From Amoebidium appalachense (lineage: Eukaryota > Protista > Ichthyosporea): a DNA stretch of 64,000 nucleotides. This document shows positions 1-13,866 of this stretch, in pieces. The stretch is from positions 7,166,028 to 7,230,027 of the forward strand of contig CAVNZM010000014.1 of the NCBI GenBank assembly GCA_963693365.1. The letters run 5' to 3'. A program made the position numbers and the translations under genes. Numbering within the stretch: position 1 is the stretch's first letter; each line of letters opens with the position of its first letter. The notes below the pieces were generated by a model that was not told where the DNA came from, ran no database searches, and saw only the letters and a program-made list of their open reading frames with translations.

Positions 1-690
1 ACACACGTTCAATATCGGACCAATCAAACATCGCTGAGTCCGACTCTGCCACGATCCGTATCGTGTGTCGTGGTCAAGAGTGGCTCAGCCTGTGCCACTC
101 TTGACTGTTATTATGCAACTCACCCAGTATGCCCCAATATATATGTACGATATACGAAAGATGATATCGGGCTATATATGAATACATATGAATATATATA
201 AACATAAATAAACATATGTAAATATATACAAAAATATAAAGATATACAAATATATATAAATGTATGTAAATATATATAAATATATACCGGTTGTGGGCGA
301 CCCCTCATTGTTGGCGGGAATGTCACATGATGGAAGGTCATCCGGGATAAAAGATGATGTGTGTTTGTGAGCAAGGAGGTTGGAGGTGGGTGGGTGGCTT
401 TTAGTATTTGTGTGCATGTGTGTAACCCAAAAGAAGGCAACCAGTGTGGAACCCAAACACCCAGTGCTACCAATCCCCTCCCCCTACCCCAGCTCCGCGC
501 CTGCCACGTCCAACCCCAGTACTTTTATAAAAAGGGGAAAAACTCTTAGCAAGGAAACCTTCTTGTGTTTGCTCTGGGTATGAGCCTGTGGATGTGCAGG
601 CATGCAATCGAGCCACCTAGAGCGAGAGAGAGGGGATGTGTGTGTATGTGGGCATGAGGGGGGGGGGGGGGGAATGGTGTGAGTTACCGA

Positions 691-731
<41 letters not shown>

Positions 732-846
732 GGGGGGGGAGAGAGAGAGAGGGGGGGGGGGGGAGAGAGAGAGAGAGAGACTCGGAGAGCAGAGAGAGAG
801 AGAGGGGGGGGGGGGGGAGAGAGAGAGCGTACCAAAGAGAGCGAGA

Positions 847-880
<34 letters not shown>

Positions 881-962
881 GTGTGAGCGTGCGAGAGAGG
901 AAGGGGGGGGGGGGGGGGGGGGGGAGAGAGAGAGAGAGAGAGAGTGCGTGCGTGCGTGCGTT

Positions 963-1013
<51 letters not shown>

Positions 1014-1329
1014 TAGAGAGATAGAGCGAGCGAGAGGAAGAAAAAGAGAGAGCGGAACGAGAGCCTCCGGGAGAGAGAGAGTAGAGAGAGCCTCGGCGAG
1101 AGCGTGTGTATAAGTATATATAATCTTCGTATGTGGGTGCATGTGTGCGGCATGTGTGCATGTGCGCACAAGATTGATGGAAGGTTGGATGACTTTTAGT
1201 ATTAGTAGGTGTGCCTTGCTTGTGTGTGTGTGCCAGCTGACATATGTAAGTGTGTGTGTGTGCATAAGGTGTGTGTGTGTGTGTGTGTGTGCATGTGTGT
1301 GTGTGTGTATGTGTGCGCGTGTGTGTGCA
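1..1329. other. Flank outside the 27-kb tandem array (unique within this window)
   Basis: Sequence 1-~1320 has no counterpart before copies 2 and 3, which are preceded by the 5S-downstream satellite. Identity with later copies begins inside a (TG)n tract at ~1325-1370. Confidence 0.85.
140..286. repeat. AT-rich degenerate (TA)n low-complexity tract
   Basis: Runs such as atatatata/aacataaata/tatatataaa. Confidence 0.85.
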
Positions 1330-1333
1330 TGTG

Positions 1334-1376
<43 letters not shown>

Positions 1377-1566
1377 CCTGCGTGCGTGCGTGCGTGCGTG
1401 CGTGCATTCGCGCGTGCGTGCGTGCAGGCGGGCGGGCGGGCGGGCGGGCGGGCGGGCGGGCGGGCGGGCATGCATGCTTGCATGCGTGAGTGCGTGCGTG
1501 CGTGTGTGCGTGCGTGCGTGCATGCGTGCGTGCGTGCGTGCATGTGTGCGTGTGGCCTATTTCTGG

Positions 1567-1599
<33 letters not shown>

Positions 1600-2859
1600 T
1601 GTGTGCGTGGCCATGAAACCGTGTGTGTGTGCGTGTGTACGCAGACAGAGAGAGAGAAAGAGAGAGAGTGTGTGTGTGAGAGAGAGGTTGTGAGGGAGGG
1701 ACAAGGAGATTTCAGGGAGATCGAGGTGTGAAAGAGAGCAATAGAGGAAGAGAGTGTGTGAGCAAGAGAGGGGGGGGGGGGGGATGGAGTGAGACTGAGT
1801 GAGTGCGAGTGTGAGAGAGAGAGGGGGAGAGGGGGGAAGGGGGAGAGGGGGAGAGGAGAGTGAGAGGGGGGGGCACGAGGGAGAGGCGGAGAAAGAAGGA
1901 GAGAGAGAGAGAGAGAGAGACAGAGGGAGAAGGCGTTGGAGAGAGAGAGAGAGAGAGAGAGAGAAACAGAAGCATAAGACAGCGAGTGTAGGATAGATGC
2001 AAGTGTGTGTGTGTGTGTGCCTTTGCGTGTGTTGGCAAACATGTCAATACATGAGTGCGGGGGTTTGTGTGCGTCTGTGTTTGTGTTTCACTGAGAGTGT
2101 GTGTGTGTGTTTAAGACTCTAAATATTGTTTGGCGTGCTTGCTTGCGTGGGTACCACCGTAGGTGGGTGCGTGCATACGTGTGTGAGTGTGTGCATGTGT
2201 TTGTGCGCGTGTGTGCGTGTATGTGTGTGCCCCTGCAACCGTGTGTATGTGTGGGCTTGAAATTCAACTTGTTTGCGGGGATGCATGTACACGGTTGGTT
2301 CACTTTTTTAAAAGTATGTATGATCCTGCTCCGGATGGCTGAATGGATCTGGGTGTTTGTGCACATGTCTCAGGTGTGTCTAAGCAAGAATTTGGTTTGA
2401 GAACCAACCAGAGTGACCCTTTTATGCCCAAGAACCAATCCTGTTGTTCACTTATCCGAATCCCCCCTCCCCCCTCTCCCCCCTCCATCATCACGCCTGA
2501 ACTCTCCCTCTTCCCGCCCCCTGCCTCCTGCCCTTTCCAACACTCCTCCCGCTTCATCCCACCCTCCCCAACCATGGGCTCTTGCAAGTGCAGATGTTTC
2601 AAAGTTGTGCCGCTGCACCACTAACCCTCCCCGACACCCATACCCTCTCTCCACTCCCCCTCTCCCCTCCCCTCCCCCCCTTCCCCCCGCCCCCCTATAG
2701 TCACGACTTTTAGCTTTCCATAATTTTTGTTTAATATTTGGGAATGGATGGGTGAGGTGGACGGGGGGAGGGGGAGGGGGGGGGGGGGGGAGGGGGGAGG
2801 GGGCTGCTGAGAAGACAACACCTCGCGAGGATGCCTGCTCCTTGCATATTATCCCCCCC

Positions 2860-2893
<34 letters not shown>

Positions 2894-3373
2894 TGACACT
2901 TATAAGAGTGCCAATATGCACCAAAAACAGACTTTGTATTTTGGAATTTTAACACTTCACACTGATCCAAAGCCCTTATCAACCCTATGTCACTTGAAAT
3001 GAAGGCTATTTTTCCCCCCCTGCTATATTGAGATGTACTGTTTGTTTGTTAGCGACGCCCAAACTTCATTTATTCGTGTGTTTCTTTTAATCTCTGATGG
3101 ATTAAGTTTTTCACCAGATGATATTGGATTCAAGGTTGGAAATACACCAATCATCAAATCCATGTGGTCCCAGAATGAACGTTGACTATAGATATAGATT
3201 GTGTGCTAGCCATTGGATAACAAAGTTAAGTAAATGAATCGATTATATGTGAACATTAACTTTACGTGTCTTCTCGTGGAAAATAGATGTTTGATTTAGG
3301 GAGAACAGAGCCTTGAAGTGTTTGTTACGTGTCCGTTTACTTTAAGGCAGATGTCAAGTAACAGGTAGGGAAG

Positions 3374-3410
<37 letters not shown>

Positions 3411-3432
3411 GGGGGGGGGGGGGGGGGGGAAC

Positions 3433-3496
3433 CTGGAATGACCCGAAGATTTTCTGCTTCTCTGGGTCGAGCACACCTTGACGTTCCGAGATTTTT
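3433..3496 (-). CDS. Candidate internal exon (G|KISERQGVLDPEKQKIFGSFQ) of an unidentified spliced gene
   Basis: Minus strand atgcAG|...CAG|GTtccc. 64 nt, open and phase-compatible with the phase-2 end of exon 3795-3955. The donor is weak and another frame is also open. Confidence 0.35.
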
Positions 3497-3794
3497 CTGC
3501 ATGGGATTTTGCTGTTATTGCCATACTATATTCAGAATCTAACGAAGTAAATGCCTATGCTCTGTGGCTAGTGGCATTTATGCTTGACTCCAAGTGCTTC
3601 ACAGTGAAAGGGGTTTACACACAATCAGGGTAGAGTCATAATGCAAAGTCGCTAAGAGCTGTAGGCTTCGAACCATGTCAAAGCAAACCCATGAATCAGA
3701 TGATACAACATCTTCTTTCAGGCTGTTGCCAATAAAGACTTGCTGTTTTTTTGTACTGATGTATGTCATGAGGCCTATGCAAGAGAACACTTAC

Positions 3795-3955
3795 CCTTTC
3801 TGCCGACTTTCAAACATGGTTTGCAAACCAGCGATCTGGTCGATGTGCTTGTTGACCGCCTCGAGCTTCTCTTCGAGGGCCGCGATCTCGCATGTAAGCT
3901 CTTCTTTGTAGTTTTTGGTCTTGTCAAGGTGCTCGATGAAAGCTCTTTCTTCTTT
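3795..3955 (-). CDS. Candidate internal exon encoding a coiled coil (KEERAFIEHLDKTKNYKEELTCEIAALEEKLEAVNKHIDQIAGLQTMFESRQK)
   Basis: Acceptor tgttgttgcAG and consensus donor G|GTAAGT. 161-nt open frame with a regular 4-3 hydrophobic heptad (L..I..L..L..V..I..I). Identical in all three units. Confidence 0.65.
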
Positions 3956-4418
3956 CTGCAACAACATATGTAAATGAAAATTTAGTGGTCCCCTTTACTG
4001 AATGCACAGAGGATATGAGGTAAGCCCGGGCAAAATGTGTGAGTTTGTGTGTGTGTGTTTGTGGGGCGGGGGGTGGGGGGATGGGGAGGGGCGGGGAAGA
4101 GGGGGGGGGGGGGGGGGGCGCGGGGGTGCGGGAGGCCTGCTCTTTACACTATTTTATCTTCACATCATGTTTTGCTACATGTGCACGGGGTTTATTTTTT
4201 AGGGGGAGGGGAAAGGGGCTCTGGGGAGGGGAGGGAAGGGGGAGGGGGGAGGGGGGGGGATATAGTGCTTCGTGTTCAATCCCCCCCCCCCCCCCCCCGG
4301 GAAGGGGAGGAGGGGCAAAGGGGGAGGGGGGAGGGGGGAGGGGGGAAGCAATATATCTCGAGCACTGACTGTTTCCCTCCCCCCTCCCTCCCCCTCCCCC
4401 TTCTCCCCCTCTCCCCCC

Positions 4419-4449
<31 letters not shown>

Positions 4450-4559
4450 AAAAAAAAAAAAAGCCTAAAAAATTGGGTCTGGCCCAACCCGGCACCATAA
4501 AGAACCCCCAGAAATATATAAGTATAGGTATGAGATCTTTAACATTAGCTGTGACGTAC

Positions 4560-4647
4560 CCTCCCCTCCCCCCTCCATTGTTAAGAAGACCCAAGGATTG
4601 GTCGACGCTCGTGGTAATAAGGCGGCACGGCACGTTTGAACGTGATC
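4560..4647 (-). CDS. Possible exon, frame uncertain
   Basis: Polypyrimidine acceptor ccatttttttttatAG and donor G|GTACGT. Two frames are open, but neither joins directly in phase to exon 3795-3955. Confidence 0.25.
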
Positions 4648-4704
4648 CTATAAAAAAAAATGGACTAGTAATAACCGAGTACCAACTTCAAGTGCAAGTA
4701 AAAC

Positions 4705-4827
<123 letters not shown>

Positions 4828-5147
4828 CGCTCTCTTTCTCTCTCTCTCTCTCTCTCTCTGTGCGTGTATGTACAGTGTGTGTTGTGTCACTGTTTGTGTG
4901 TACATGAGTGTACCCAAACGTGTGTGGTGTGCTTGTTTCGTTCAGAGTGTGCTCGTTGTATGAGGGAGTGAAGTGTGTGTGTGTGCGTGTATGTGTGCGC
5001 GTGTGTGTGCGTGCGTGCCACAGAATGTGTGTATGCTTATTTCTTTTTCCTCTAGCTCTGTCCTGTGTGTATTTGATGGCTTGGGTGTGTGGGAATTTGG
5101 TTATATTACGCGTCTGTGTATGTCCGTGCACGGCGGTGTGTGTGTAT

Positions 5148-5204
<57 letters not shown>

Positions 5205-5861
5205 TGCATGTTGGTGTTTGTGTGCTCTTTGGTGTCGGTGTGTGTGCCTGTGTGTGTGTGTGCGTCTGTGCGTGCGTGTGTTTGTGCTTGTGTGCAAGCG
5301 TGTGTGTGTGTGTGTGTGTGTTGGGTTGGGGGGAGGGGGGGGATGACACGGTGTAACCTGTTATGGTGAAGCCGGGGGGGGGGGGGGGGGGGGGGGTAGA
5401 ATGTGTTGCATGGTACAAGGTACACAACTCACAACGCTGCAGAGGGAGACAGGGGTGGTGTTGGGGGGGGGGGGGGACCCACGGGGAGGGGGGAGGGGGG
5501 GGGAAGGGGGGGGGGGGGGGGAAGGGCTGCTTGGCCACTAATTCCCCCATGTTTCAGATAGGGCAAGCTTTTGTCCCTAGCTTTATTGTTCTGAGGAGTG
5601 TACGTAATTATGCCTGGAACTCGTTCAAATGATCCCGTGTAACCACTAACATAGTCTCGAATGTGGAAGTTACAATGTGTAACATTGTTGGTATTTTTGA
5701 ACGAGCTTCTGGAAGCTGCATTGATCAGTTGGTGCACGTGGCTTCTATTTTCAGTGTCGTCAGAGGGTGATCAACCTAGCAGGGTCTAAAGGGCATAGGG
5801 AGTGCAGGACAAGAACATGCGTGCACATACATGGGGGAAATGTTTTTTTTTTTTTTTGTAC

Positions 5862-6039
5862 AAAGTTTTATCTCCCCTTGCGCGTTTTTTTCTGACAGCC
5901 ACTTGTTTTTAGTGTCTTTTGGTCTGGTTAAAGATTCTTTTCTATATATGTTCTCTCCCAGTTCCTTGATCTCTGTCATTCTTCCCTTCATATGGCTGCA
6001 GCCGCAACTTACTTCTGCGTTTTTAGGGTTTTTTGAGCT
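5862..6039 (-). CDS. Candidate exon 3 (SSKNPKNAEVSCGCSHMKGRMTEIKELGENIYRKESLTRPKDTKNKWLSEKNAQGEIKL)
   Basis: Pyrimidine-rich acceptor ...cataactgcAG, open in phase 0, overlapping ORF 5776-5991. The 3' boundary is uncertain because an internal GTAAGT donor also exists at ~6012. Confidence 0.4.
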
Positions 6040-6127
6040 CTGCAGTTATGAGGCAGCAAGAAAAACCAAGAAGCAAAAAACAAACCAAAACTTTGCATTA
6101 TGCTTGCGGTGGATTAAAAAAAAAAAC

Positions 6128-6160
6128 TCTGCGGGAATTACTTGTAAACCAGAACCCAGT
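6128..6160 (-). CDS. Candidate 33-nt exon 2 (TGFWFTSNSRR)
   Basis: ggcAG| ... |GTtttt. Keeps phase 0 and gives flanking introns of 74 and 88 nt. The donor is weak. Confidence 0.3.
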
Positions 6161-6234
6161 CTGCCATAATTCCCAACTCGATGTCAAACCCGTTAAGTTT
6201 TTGTTACAATTGCAGCTTCAAAGTTTAAACTTAC

Positions 6235-6342
6235 CGATTCGCGGTGGTCATGGTCCTGTAGGCCCAGTTTTGCAGCCCAAGCTGCACACTTTTTGCAGCC
6301 ATATTCTGTTTGTGGCCGCCCCATTTCAGATTTTACCGCCAT
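6235..6342 (-). CDS. Candidate first coding exon (MAVKSEMGRPQTEYGCKKCAAWAAKLGLQDHDHRES)
   Basis: ATG at 6342, 36 open codons, consensus donor G|GTAAGT, and a CxxC motif. Confidence 0.5.
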
Positions 6343-6360
6343 AAATTAGACACATATTCA

Positions 6361-6596
6361 TTAACACTGCAAATGCACGTATTTATAGAACAGTTACGAT
6401 AGCAGAATTCTACGAAAACCAACCAACATCTGACAAAAGCTCAGCTACATACAGTACTCAAACAAAAGCGTCACGAGTTAACACTGCAAATGCACTTAAT
6501 TATAGAACAATTACGATAGCAGAATTCTACGAAAACAAACCAACATCTGACAAAAGCTCAGCTACAATACATGCAGTACTCAGACAAAAGCGTCAC
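6361..6596. repeat. Two diverged ~115-bp direct repeats (6361-6474, 6478-6596)
   Basis: ttaacactgcaaatgcac...tacgatagcagaattctacgaaaac...catctgacaaaagctcagctac...caaaagcgtcac occurs twice. Also at 33360-33595 and 60308-60543. Confidence 0.95.
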
Positions 6597-6666
6597 CTGG
6601 AGAAGTGGCTCTTACAATAGTGTTACGTACATAGTGAATGCCAGAGTGCATTCCAAAATGACTTGT

Positions 6667-6766
6667 AACCAATCACAGTCGCCCGCCAAATGGACAACAA
6701 TAAACCGTACCCAGGGGTTGTTAGGTAATGTCGTAATGAACATAATCCGGTGATTTTGATTCCCGC
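6667..6766. promoter_or_regulatory. Possible Pol II promoter motifs (CCAAT box, E2F-like sites) upstream of the candidate gene
   Basis: aaCCAATcac at 6667-6676, cccgccaaa (TTTGGCGGG on minus) at 6682-6690, TTCCCGC at 6760-6766. Short motifs only. Confidence 0.25.
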
Positions 6767-7235
6767 TCACTGTATTCATTAGATGTTCAAGATTGGAAAT
6801 AAGTCGTATACTTTGATGAAGTTACACCGTATTACAGCCCTGACTGCACGTTAACGTGTCACAAACAACGTACAAGTACAGTGTACTGAACGGGTGACTC
6901 GCTGCCACGTGCGACCACTCAGTGGCCTCACTGCCGCCTTAGCCGCCGTTTGACCAAGTCTATTCACTCTATTTTTCACAGAGGGTATGACTTGGCACGA
7001 AATCAGTCGGCCGCCGCGGAGGAAATGTTTCGTCGCCTTGAAAAATGTCCACCTCAAATTTTAAAAAATCTAGCAGGTCGGACTCGTGTCTATCCATGGA
7101 CAGCGCTTTTAGCATTTGATATAATTTGAGATTACCTGTGCTCGAAAATATTCGTGGTTGTTCCCCCCAAGGAGTTGGTCTCAACGTTTTTGTAAATTCA
7201 AATATCGAAGCTAGTGCGCACAGGTTACATGATGG

Positions 7236-8500
<1,265 letters not shown>

Positions 8501-9869
8501 CCCAGCACACACACAAACACACCACCACCACCACCACCACCACCAATACCCTACGACTCAAAGCACTGTGCTGTTTGATGTCTCGTGTGTTGTTATATAA
8601 CATACATACCTATGACAATAATTAATGATAATGATAGATAATCCACGTGCATGATATGTGTATAGTATGTAGTGCTGAATATTTCACTCCCGTACTTCTT
8701 TTTCCTCGTTCCTTCCCTTCATATCTTCCTTCGTGTACACATTTTGCCTTCCTTCCCCCCCTTCCCCTCCGCCCCCCCCACCCCACCCTTCCCCTCTCAT
8801 ACCTTTCCTCGTTTCCCTGTCCCTCCCTCTCCCTCTCGCTTTCTCTTCCACTCATCACCCTACCATCAAAACCCACCCACCCACCCACCTCAGGCATTAG
8901 ATCCGTCCCCCTTTTTTTTTTCCCCCACCGATGTTGACTCGCCCTCCCCACTTTCCCAAACCACCCCCCCTCCCCCCCCCTCCTCCCCAACCACCACCTC
9001 CCAAAAAAAAAAAAAAAAGAAAAAAAAAGAAAAAATAAATAAAGAGAGAAAGGGCGAAAAGAAAGAAAAGAAAGAGTACACCTAAGAAGGGGGGGGGGGG
9101 GAGGGGGGAAGGGGGAGGAGGGGGGGTGAGGGGAGAAGGGGGGGGGGGGGGAGGGGGGAGGAGGTCTTTTTACCTTCACGGCCGTGCCACCACCCCCGGC
9201 TGCTGCCTTGCCCTTCTTCGCTTTGTCTCCCCCCTCAGCCTCTGCACTGCCCCGTTAGCAACCACCACAAACCTTGCTTCCCATCAGCAATGCTCTAACC
9301 AACAACACAATACCCACCTCTGGTCAACATCTTCCATACGAGCCATTTCCAATCACTGCCATAGCTTCCTCTTCCCCAGTACAAGTATGTGTTCCCCTCC
9401 CTCCTCTCTTCCTCCCCAGCTCCCCCCCCCCCCCCCTTCCCTCCATACACACGAAAGAAAGAAAAAACATCCCCTCCCTCCCCTCCTCCCCTTCTCCCCT
9501 CCCCCGGCCCCCCCCTCCCCCCGCATCACCAGCCCACCTGCATTTCCCTTCCCCTTGGCCGGGGCTGCCTGAGCCGTTTGTCCCTTCTTGGGCCCCATGG
9601 CAACGTGGTATGTTGCAATGATCTGCTCATGGTGACTGTGAGAAACAGAGAAAACAGGAGCAGTGAAGAACTAGTTGAACACCGTTCAGAACCCATTCCC
9701 CAGCCTCCAACCCCCCTCCCCCGCCCCCACAACACTCCCCCCCCAAACTCCCTCCCTGCCCTCCCCCCTCCCCCCGAAACGCACCCACCCCATCGAACCC
9801 CCCCCCCCCCCCTCCCGGCCACTCCCCCCCTCCCCCCCCCACCGCTCCCCCCGCCACACACACATACAC

Positions 9870-9902
<33 letters not shown>

Positions 9903-10522
9903 CCCCCTCCCTCTCCCTCCCTTCCTCCCTACCTCCAAATAAAGGGGAATAAACGTACTTGAGTATATGGTGGGATGTCGGGTGGGACCTAGAGAGGCTC
10001 GCTGAGATCTATAAAAAAATTGCTTTGTCCCCACCCACCACCACCCCCAACCCTTCTTAGGGAGGGGAGTAGGGGGGGGGGGGGGGAGGGGGGAGGGGAA
10101 GGGGAGGGTTAAGTAAAAGTATGGAGAGGTCATGATATTTGTTAGATCCAGCGAGATCCAGCGAACCCTCCATTCCCCTCCCCCCCCCCTCCTCCCTCTT
10201 CTTTCTTCTTCCCCTCCCCACCCTCCCCCGCCACCCTCCTTCCCCGAAAGAAAAAGGAGGGGACGGAATGGGGGTTGGGTGGGGAGGGGGAGATGGTGGG
10301 GGCGGGAGGGGGGAGGGGGGAGGGGGGAGGGGGGAGAGGGGGAGGGGAGGGGGGGGGGGGGGGGGCAAGTAAAAATATGATAGAAGGTTTAATGAGATCC
10401 TGTTAGGCCACGTAAACCCTCCCACTCCCCCCCCCCACTCCCTCTTCCCCCCCGCCCTTAAGGGGGGATGAATGATGTGCACAGCAATTTCAATTCTAAT
10501 CGGATCCAGTGAGATCCGTAAC

Positions 10523-10566
<44 letters not shown>

Positions 10567-10798
10567 CACACACACACACACACAAACACACATATACGCG
10601 CACACACACACATACACAAATACACACACATATACACACACCAACAACCCGACCACAACAACAACACCTACTTCAACTAAAGTTGTTTGCACTAATCAAC
10701 GTCAGTAAAACATCGAAAATGAAACCGCAAAACAGATCACTTTCGAAGTTCGGAGCTCCTTCGGTGACTTGGTACACACAGCCGTGGTGATATTCCTA

Positions 10799-11209
10799 CC
10801 CTCTCCCTCTCCCTCTCCCTCTCCCTCTCCCTCTCTCCCTCTCTCTCCCTCTCTCTCTCTCTCCCTCTCTCTCTCTCTCCCTCTCTCTCCCCCCCCCCCC
10901 CCCCCTCTCTCCCTCTCTCTCTCCCTCTCTCCCTCCCTCTCTCCCTCCCCCTCTCCCTCTCTTCCCTCCCTCCCTCTCTCCCCCTCTCTCTCTCTCTCTC
11001 CCTCTCTCTCTCTCTCTCTCCCTCCCTCCCTCTCTCTCTCTCTCCCTCTCTCTCCCTCTCTCTCTCCCTCTCTCTCTCCCTCTCCCTCTCCCTCTTCCTC
11101 TTCCTCTCCCTCCCTCTCCCTCTCCCTCTCCCTCTCCCTCTCCCTCTCCCTCTCCCTCTCCCTCTCCCTCTCCCTCCCTCTCCCTCTCCCTCTCCCTCTC
11201 CCTCTTCCT

Positions 11210-11258
<49 letters not shown>

Positions 11259-11278
11259 CCCCCCCCCCCCCCTCTCTC
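10799..11278 (+). repeat. Polypyrimidine (CT)n/(CTCCCT)n tract
   Basis: About 480 bp of C/T only on the plus strand. Also at ~37778-38255. Confidence 0.93.
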
Positions 11279-11962
11279 GTGTCGTTGATCATGCACTGTC
11301 AAACAAGCAGGTCTATGCACGTGCAAGCATGCACATGTATGCGGAATGGAGGTTGCATTCAGTTGTGCTCTCCCCTCCTCATTCCATTTCTCACTCTTCT
11401 CGTCGTCTGCCGCACAGTTCTCCCTCTGCTTGCCTGTGGAGTCGTGTTATCACCTGTGCACAACACAATGAGTCATATTTCTTATTCCGTTGCCCTTCTT
11501 CTCCACCCTGTCCATTACTGTACCATAAACCTTGCTTGCAGGTGTGTGATATCACTGATTTATGCTGCAGGTGCATTTGCTAGAGCTGGCATGTTTTTGT
11601 ATCCCTGGTGTGTTTGATTGTGGGTCTCCATACATCTTATTATCTTCATATGTGAGGGTGTGTATGTGTGTGAGTGTAAGCCACAAAACTACAAGCATGA
11701 TGTGAATCGCAAGCCAGTGTGTGTGGTTGAGATCATTCGGCTTGTTTTAAGGAGGAAGCTGTATAGGTGTGTCCTGCACGTGTGCAGACCCCTAAGTATA
11801 TACACCTATTGTTTTCCTGTTGTTGGGCCACACACTTCGTATTTTTGCTCGATTAATTATTCTCTTTTCTTTCCCATCCCCATCCTTCCCCCCCCCCCCC
11901 CCCTCTCTCGCTCACCTTTCCTTTCCCCCTTCCCCTCTCCTTGCCCCTTCCCCTCCCCCTTT

Positions 11963-12006
<44 letters not shown>

Positions 12007-12364
12007 CTCCTCCTTGCCCTCCCTTCCCCCCCACCACTCATCCCCACCCCTACCCCCCAGTCACATGTCGACCCCTTTGGGTGTGGATGGGCTAATTATC
12101 CCACCGGCAACGGTGGGGACTTGTCTCCAATGCAAAGCAAGGGAGGGTTACATGGAAAGGAGAAGAGGGGGCGGGGAACGTGGGGGTGGGGTTGGGCTGT
12201 TTCGCCGTGCGGAGGTTGTAGAGGTGCAGGCGGTGGAAGGACCCACGCCAACCACGTACAGGTGGGTGTGGGGAAAGTGTGTGTGTTTGCACTCGTGCAT
12301 TGATGTATGTGCATGGGATGGGGGAAGTGAGAAGCGGAGGGGGAGGAGAGCTGGCTATGTGGAT

Positions 12365-12399
<35 letters not shown>

Positions 12400-12713
12400 C
12401 TGCCTGCCTGTGTGCATGCCGGGTGTGTGCGTGTATTTGTGTGGACTGTGTGCTCAAGCTTGTGCGTGTGCATGTATTGTTATCCTTGGGCTAATGTGCA
12501 ATGCATGTGTGCGTGCGGGTGCCTGAGTAAGTCAGCGAGTGGTATTGTATACTTTTGGATGAGACTGTGTGTGTGTATTATCGTATGGTATGTAGTCGAG
12601 GTATTGTTATTAGTGGTGGAGGTCTTGGTGTGTGTGTGTGTACTCTGATACATTGCTGCCACCGCTGCCATATGTATTTTTTTTGTTCTCTATTCAATAA
12701 CTAGAAGCTCACA

Positions 12714-12751
<38 letters not shown>

Positions 12752-12829
12752 ACTCCCCCCCGCACATGGTGGTGACTGCATGCAATGCCCACGGCACATG
12801 TAAGCAGTACTCCCAATTGTCTCTGAGAG

Positions 12830-12874
<45 letters not shown>

Positions 12875-13819
12875 ACCCCCTTCCTTCTCTCTTCGTGGGT
12901 GCTCTTTCTTCTTCCCACCATAATGCGTGATGTACTACGTCTCTCACTTTCTCCCCGACCCTCAATCCCTCCCTCTTTCCCCGTCTCTCGCCTTTCTCTG
13001 TCCCCTCTCCCCCCCTCTCTCCCCCTCCCCCACTCCCTCTAGCTCTCCTGTGCCCCTAGCTCACCACGAACTCTATCTTTGAGTCCTTTGGTATTGATAA
13101 ACCGTGCCATCATATATGGTTACCATATAATCATATATGGTTACCATATATTTACGTTATACGAGGACTTGCCTAATTGGCTGCTTTCCCCCAGTGCCCA
13201 CGTTGGCAGACATAGGGGAAGAAATACTGTGAAATTTCGCCCAGCACACAACTCCGATCTGTCTGAGCCCTTGCGGGGTCTTACCATTCAGGCACACAGC
13301 TACGTCGAAGTCTACACTACTTCTTCTGTATGTATAGACAGCACACCTTCCCCCCTTACCCCCTTTTATCTCAATAAAAAATCCCCTTGTATGGAAACCT
13401 GCATTGTGTTGTTCTGAGTGAAGGACTACTTTGTACTCTGTAACACGTGCCCTCCCCCCCCCCCCCCCCCCCATCCCTGGGCCTCCCCTTCCTTGTGTTT
13501 TTGAGGTGTCTTGTGTTTTGTCTTAATTTCTCCACGTCCATAATCCCAACCCCTACAATGGGCATGAACCCCCCCCCCACACATTCCCCATTTAAAATCC
13601 ATGTTGATAGGGGTTCAATACTTACACTTCAACTAATGCCGGGGGAGCCTCGACTGCCATACAGGTGGGAGGCCAAAGCGGAATTCGAAGATGACCTGCT
13701 TGTGGTATGACCCCCCACTCCCCCCCCCCCCCCCCCCCCCCAACCTACACGTGCACACCCCGCACGCACGCACGCGTGCACATACAGACACACATATCCT
13801 CTCTTTCTCTCTCTCCAAC

Positions 13820-13866
<47 letters not shown>

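Noticed and set aside
4010-4026. Plus-strand micro-exon-like cacAG|aggatatgag|GTAAGC
   Set aside because: Isolated 10-nt candidate with no supporting neighbouring plus-strand exons.
6955-6995. Possible spliced-leader or snRNA gene linked to 5S
   Set aside because: No match by eye to kinetoplastid, euglenid, dinoflagellate or nematode SL exons, or to U1, U2, U5 or U6 signatures. A covariance-model scan would be needed to exclude a divergent one.
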